11,865 bases of DNA, taken from contig CBDDTI010000123.1 in the NCBI GenBank assembly GCA_965233585.1, forward strand, positions 1 to 11,865. The letters are read 5' to 3'. Below, piece by piece: positions 10,535 through 11,865 of this stretch; the first letter of the stretch is position 1; the number at the start of each line of letters is the position of its first letter. The stretch comes from a bacterium. Lineage in GTDB: Bacteria > SAR324 > NAC60-12. The notes below the pieces were generated by a model. The model saw only the letters and a program-made list of their open reading frames with translations. It ran no database searches and had not been told where the DNA came from. Position numbers and translations under genes: made by a program.

Positions 10535-11051
10535 GTTAGATATGCAGAAAAATTTGTGATAGCTACTGAACTTGTACTGACATGTTTCATTTAAGTATTA
10601 CAGGTACATGTGTTTAACTTGGCAGCTAAAGACCCACAGAAGTATCAATTTGAAGCACAGTTTTCCACACTTGCTTGATGTTACACCTACACTGACAGGG
10701 AGAAATGATGTTTGGGCAGTTCTCCCGAATTTTTGGTACAAATTCCCAAAATACCTCAAAATTCCTGAAATTTCTAACTTTGTTTCTTTGTGACAAAATC
10801 AAAAAATCTTCAGATCCCCACAAGAATATTTTGTTCCTCACGAAACAGCCCTTTTGAGAGTTGACGCCCCCCTTACACTGTATTGCAGTTATTAAAACCT
10901 TGCAAATATACACATAGTATGGATTTATGAGTCATTATGGTCTTGAAAAATCTACAAAATAATTAGAACATACTTTGCATGTTAAATGCATTTTAAACTA
11001 CTTAATTATTAAATTGTTAATTGCTTAGTCAAGGTGTTTTTCACTCTCCAG

Positions 11052-11300
11052 CATAATTTTAAAACAATTCGTAACAACCTGGAAAAGTCCAACCCGTCTG
11101 GAAAGCCAAGATGCTTAACAGTTGGTGGCAAAAAAATTATTTGGTATTTGGTAGAGGCATACAAGTTTGACCAGACATCCACATCTATCCACATACATGA
11201 AAAGCTTAAAGAAGATCATTTCAACCTTGACCCAGCTCTCAGAATGCGCAACCACTTGGCAGAAGAGGTCCTGGACTCCAGAATGCATTTCCTGATGAAG
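11052..11300 (+). CDS. Transposase exon G (start of the insertion domain, GTP-binding region in P transposases)
   Basis: HNFKTIRNNLEKS...IIW...KLKEDHFNLDPALRMRNHLAEEVLD...LMK, 83 codons bounded by CAG and GT. Confidence 0.9.
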
Positions 11301-11773
11301 GTAACAAGGATACATTTCATAAGGCTCAAAGCAAACTGGAATAAAACAATGTCACTGTGTTATTTTACACATTAGCATGAAAACCTGACCAGGCTTGCAG
11401 AATTGAAGGGCTATTAAACTAATCCAGAGGGCAAACTCAAGTTAAAATTCTGTGGCAATATATTTTAATGTGAACCATTAGCTTACATGTGCATGTAAAT
11501 CAAAGGTAATCAGATCTGTTATGGCAAAACTATTTCTTTTCTCTCAGTGTCTGCATTTAAGTCCTCTCCAGGTGGAGGAACTTAAATTTGACAAGGGAAT
11601 TAAAGGTGCTACAGGTATTTGTTTGCATTACATGTAAGATTTGTCATTACTTATTGTAAATACATGGTGTACATGTTTACTACATGCAATAGCTTTACCT
11701 GTGATTAGTAACAAAACTCTCAATAAATGTGATATGAGTATGTTGAATGTATTAATTCAATTTTTACCAACAG

Positions 11774-11865
11774 GCCTACAAAAGAAACTTGTCGGAGAAT
11801 GGGAAAGATGGAAGTACACTTGATAGCACAATTGTGCTTGTGGAATACACAAGCTCCCTTATTGA
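11774..11865 (+). CDS. Transposase exon H (partial)
   Basis: CAG acceptor, then an in-phase open frame AYKRNLSENGKDGSTLDSTIVLVEYTSSLI to the window end. Confidence 0.75.

Noticed and set aside
10689..10881. Possible old MITE in intron F-G
   Set aside because: Only weak terminal complementarity and no TSD.

Overview
Eukaryotic, AT-rich, repeat-dense DNA; the repeat types suggest a marine invertebrate such as a coral or other cnidarian, which is an inference only. The window is a stack of transposable elements. (1) A decayed, intron-rich P-element-superfamily (THAP9-like) DDE transposase gene runs on the + strand from about 3172 past the window end, with at least 8 exons. The ORF track mostly misses it. 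Removing the nested insertions from its first recognisable exon gives an RFX-like winged-helix domain where a THAP finger would be expected. (2) There are two unrelated Penelope-like retroelements (PLEs; reverse transcriptase plus GIY-YIG endonuclease): a Neptune-type copy at 1-~2250 and a Penelope/Poseidon-type copy at 7300-9247 inside a transposase intron. Both have tail-out inverted arms and minimal hammerhead ribozymes, and both are broken at nearly the same RT codon. (3) Several non-autonomous elements have readable TIRs or TSDs, including a three-deep nest and a double-hairpin element. All calls come from manual reading; no searches were run.
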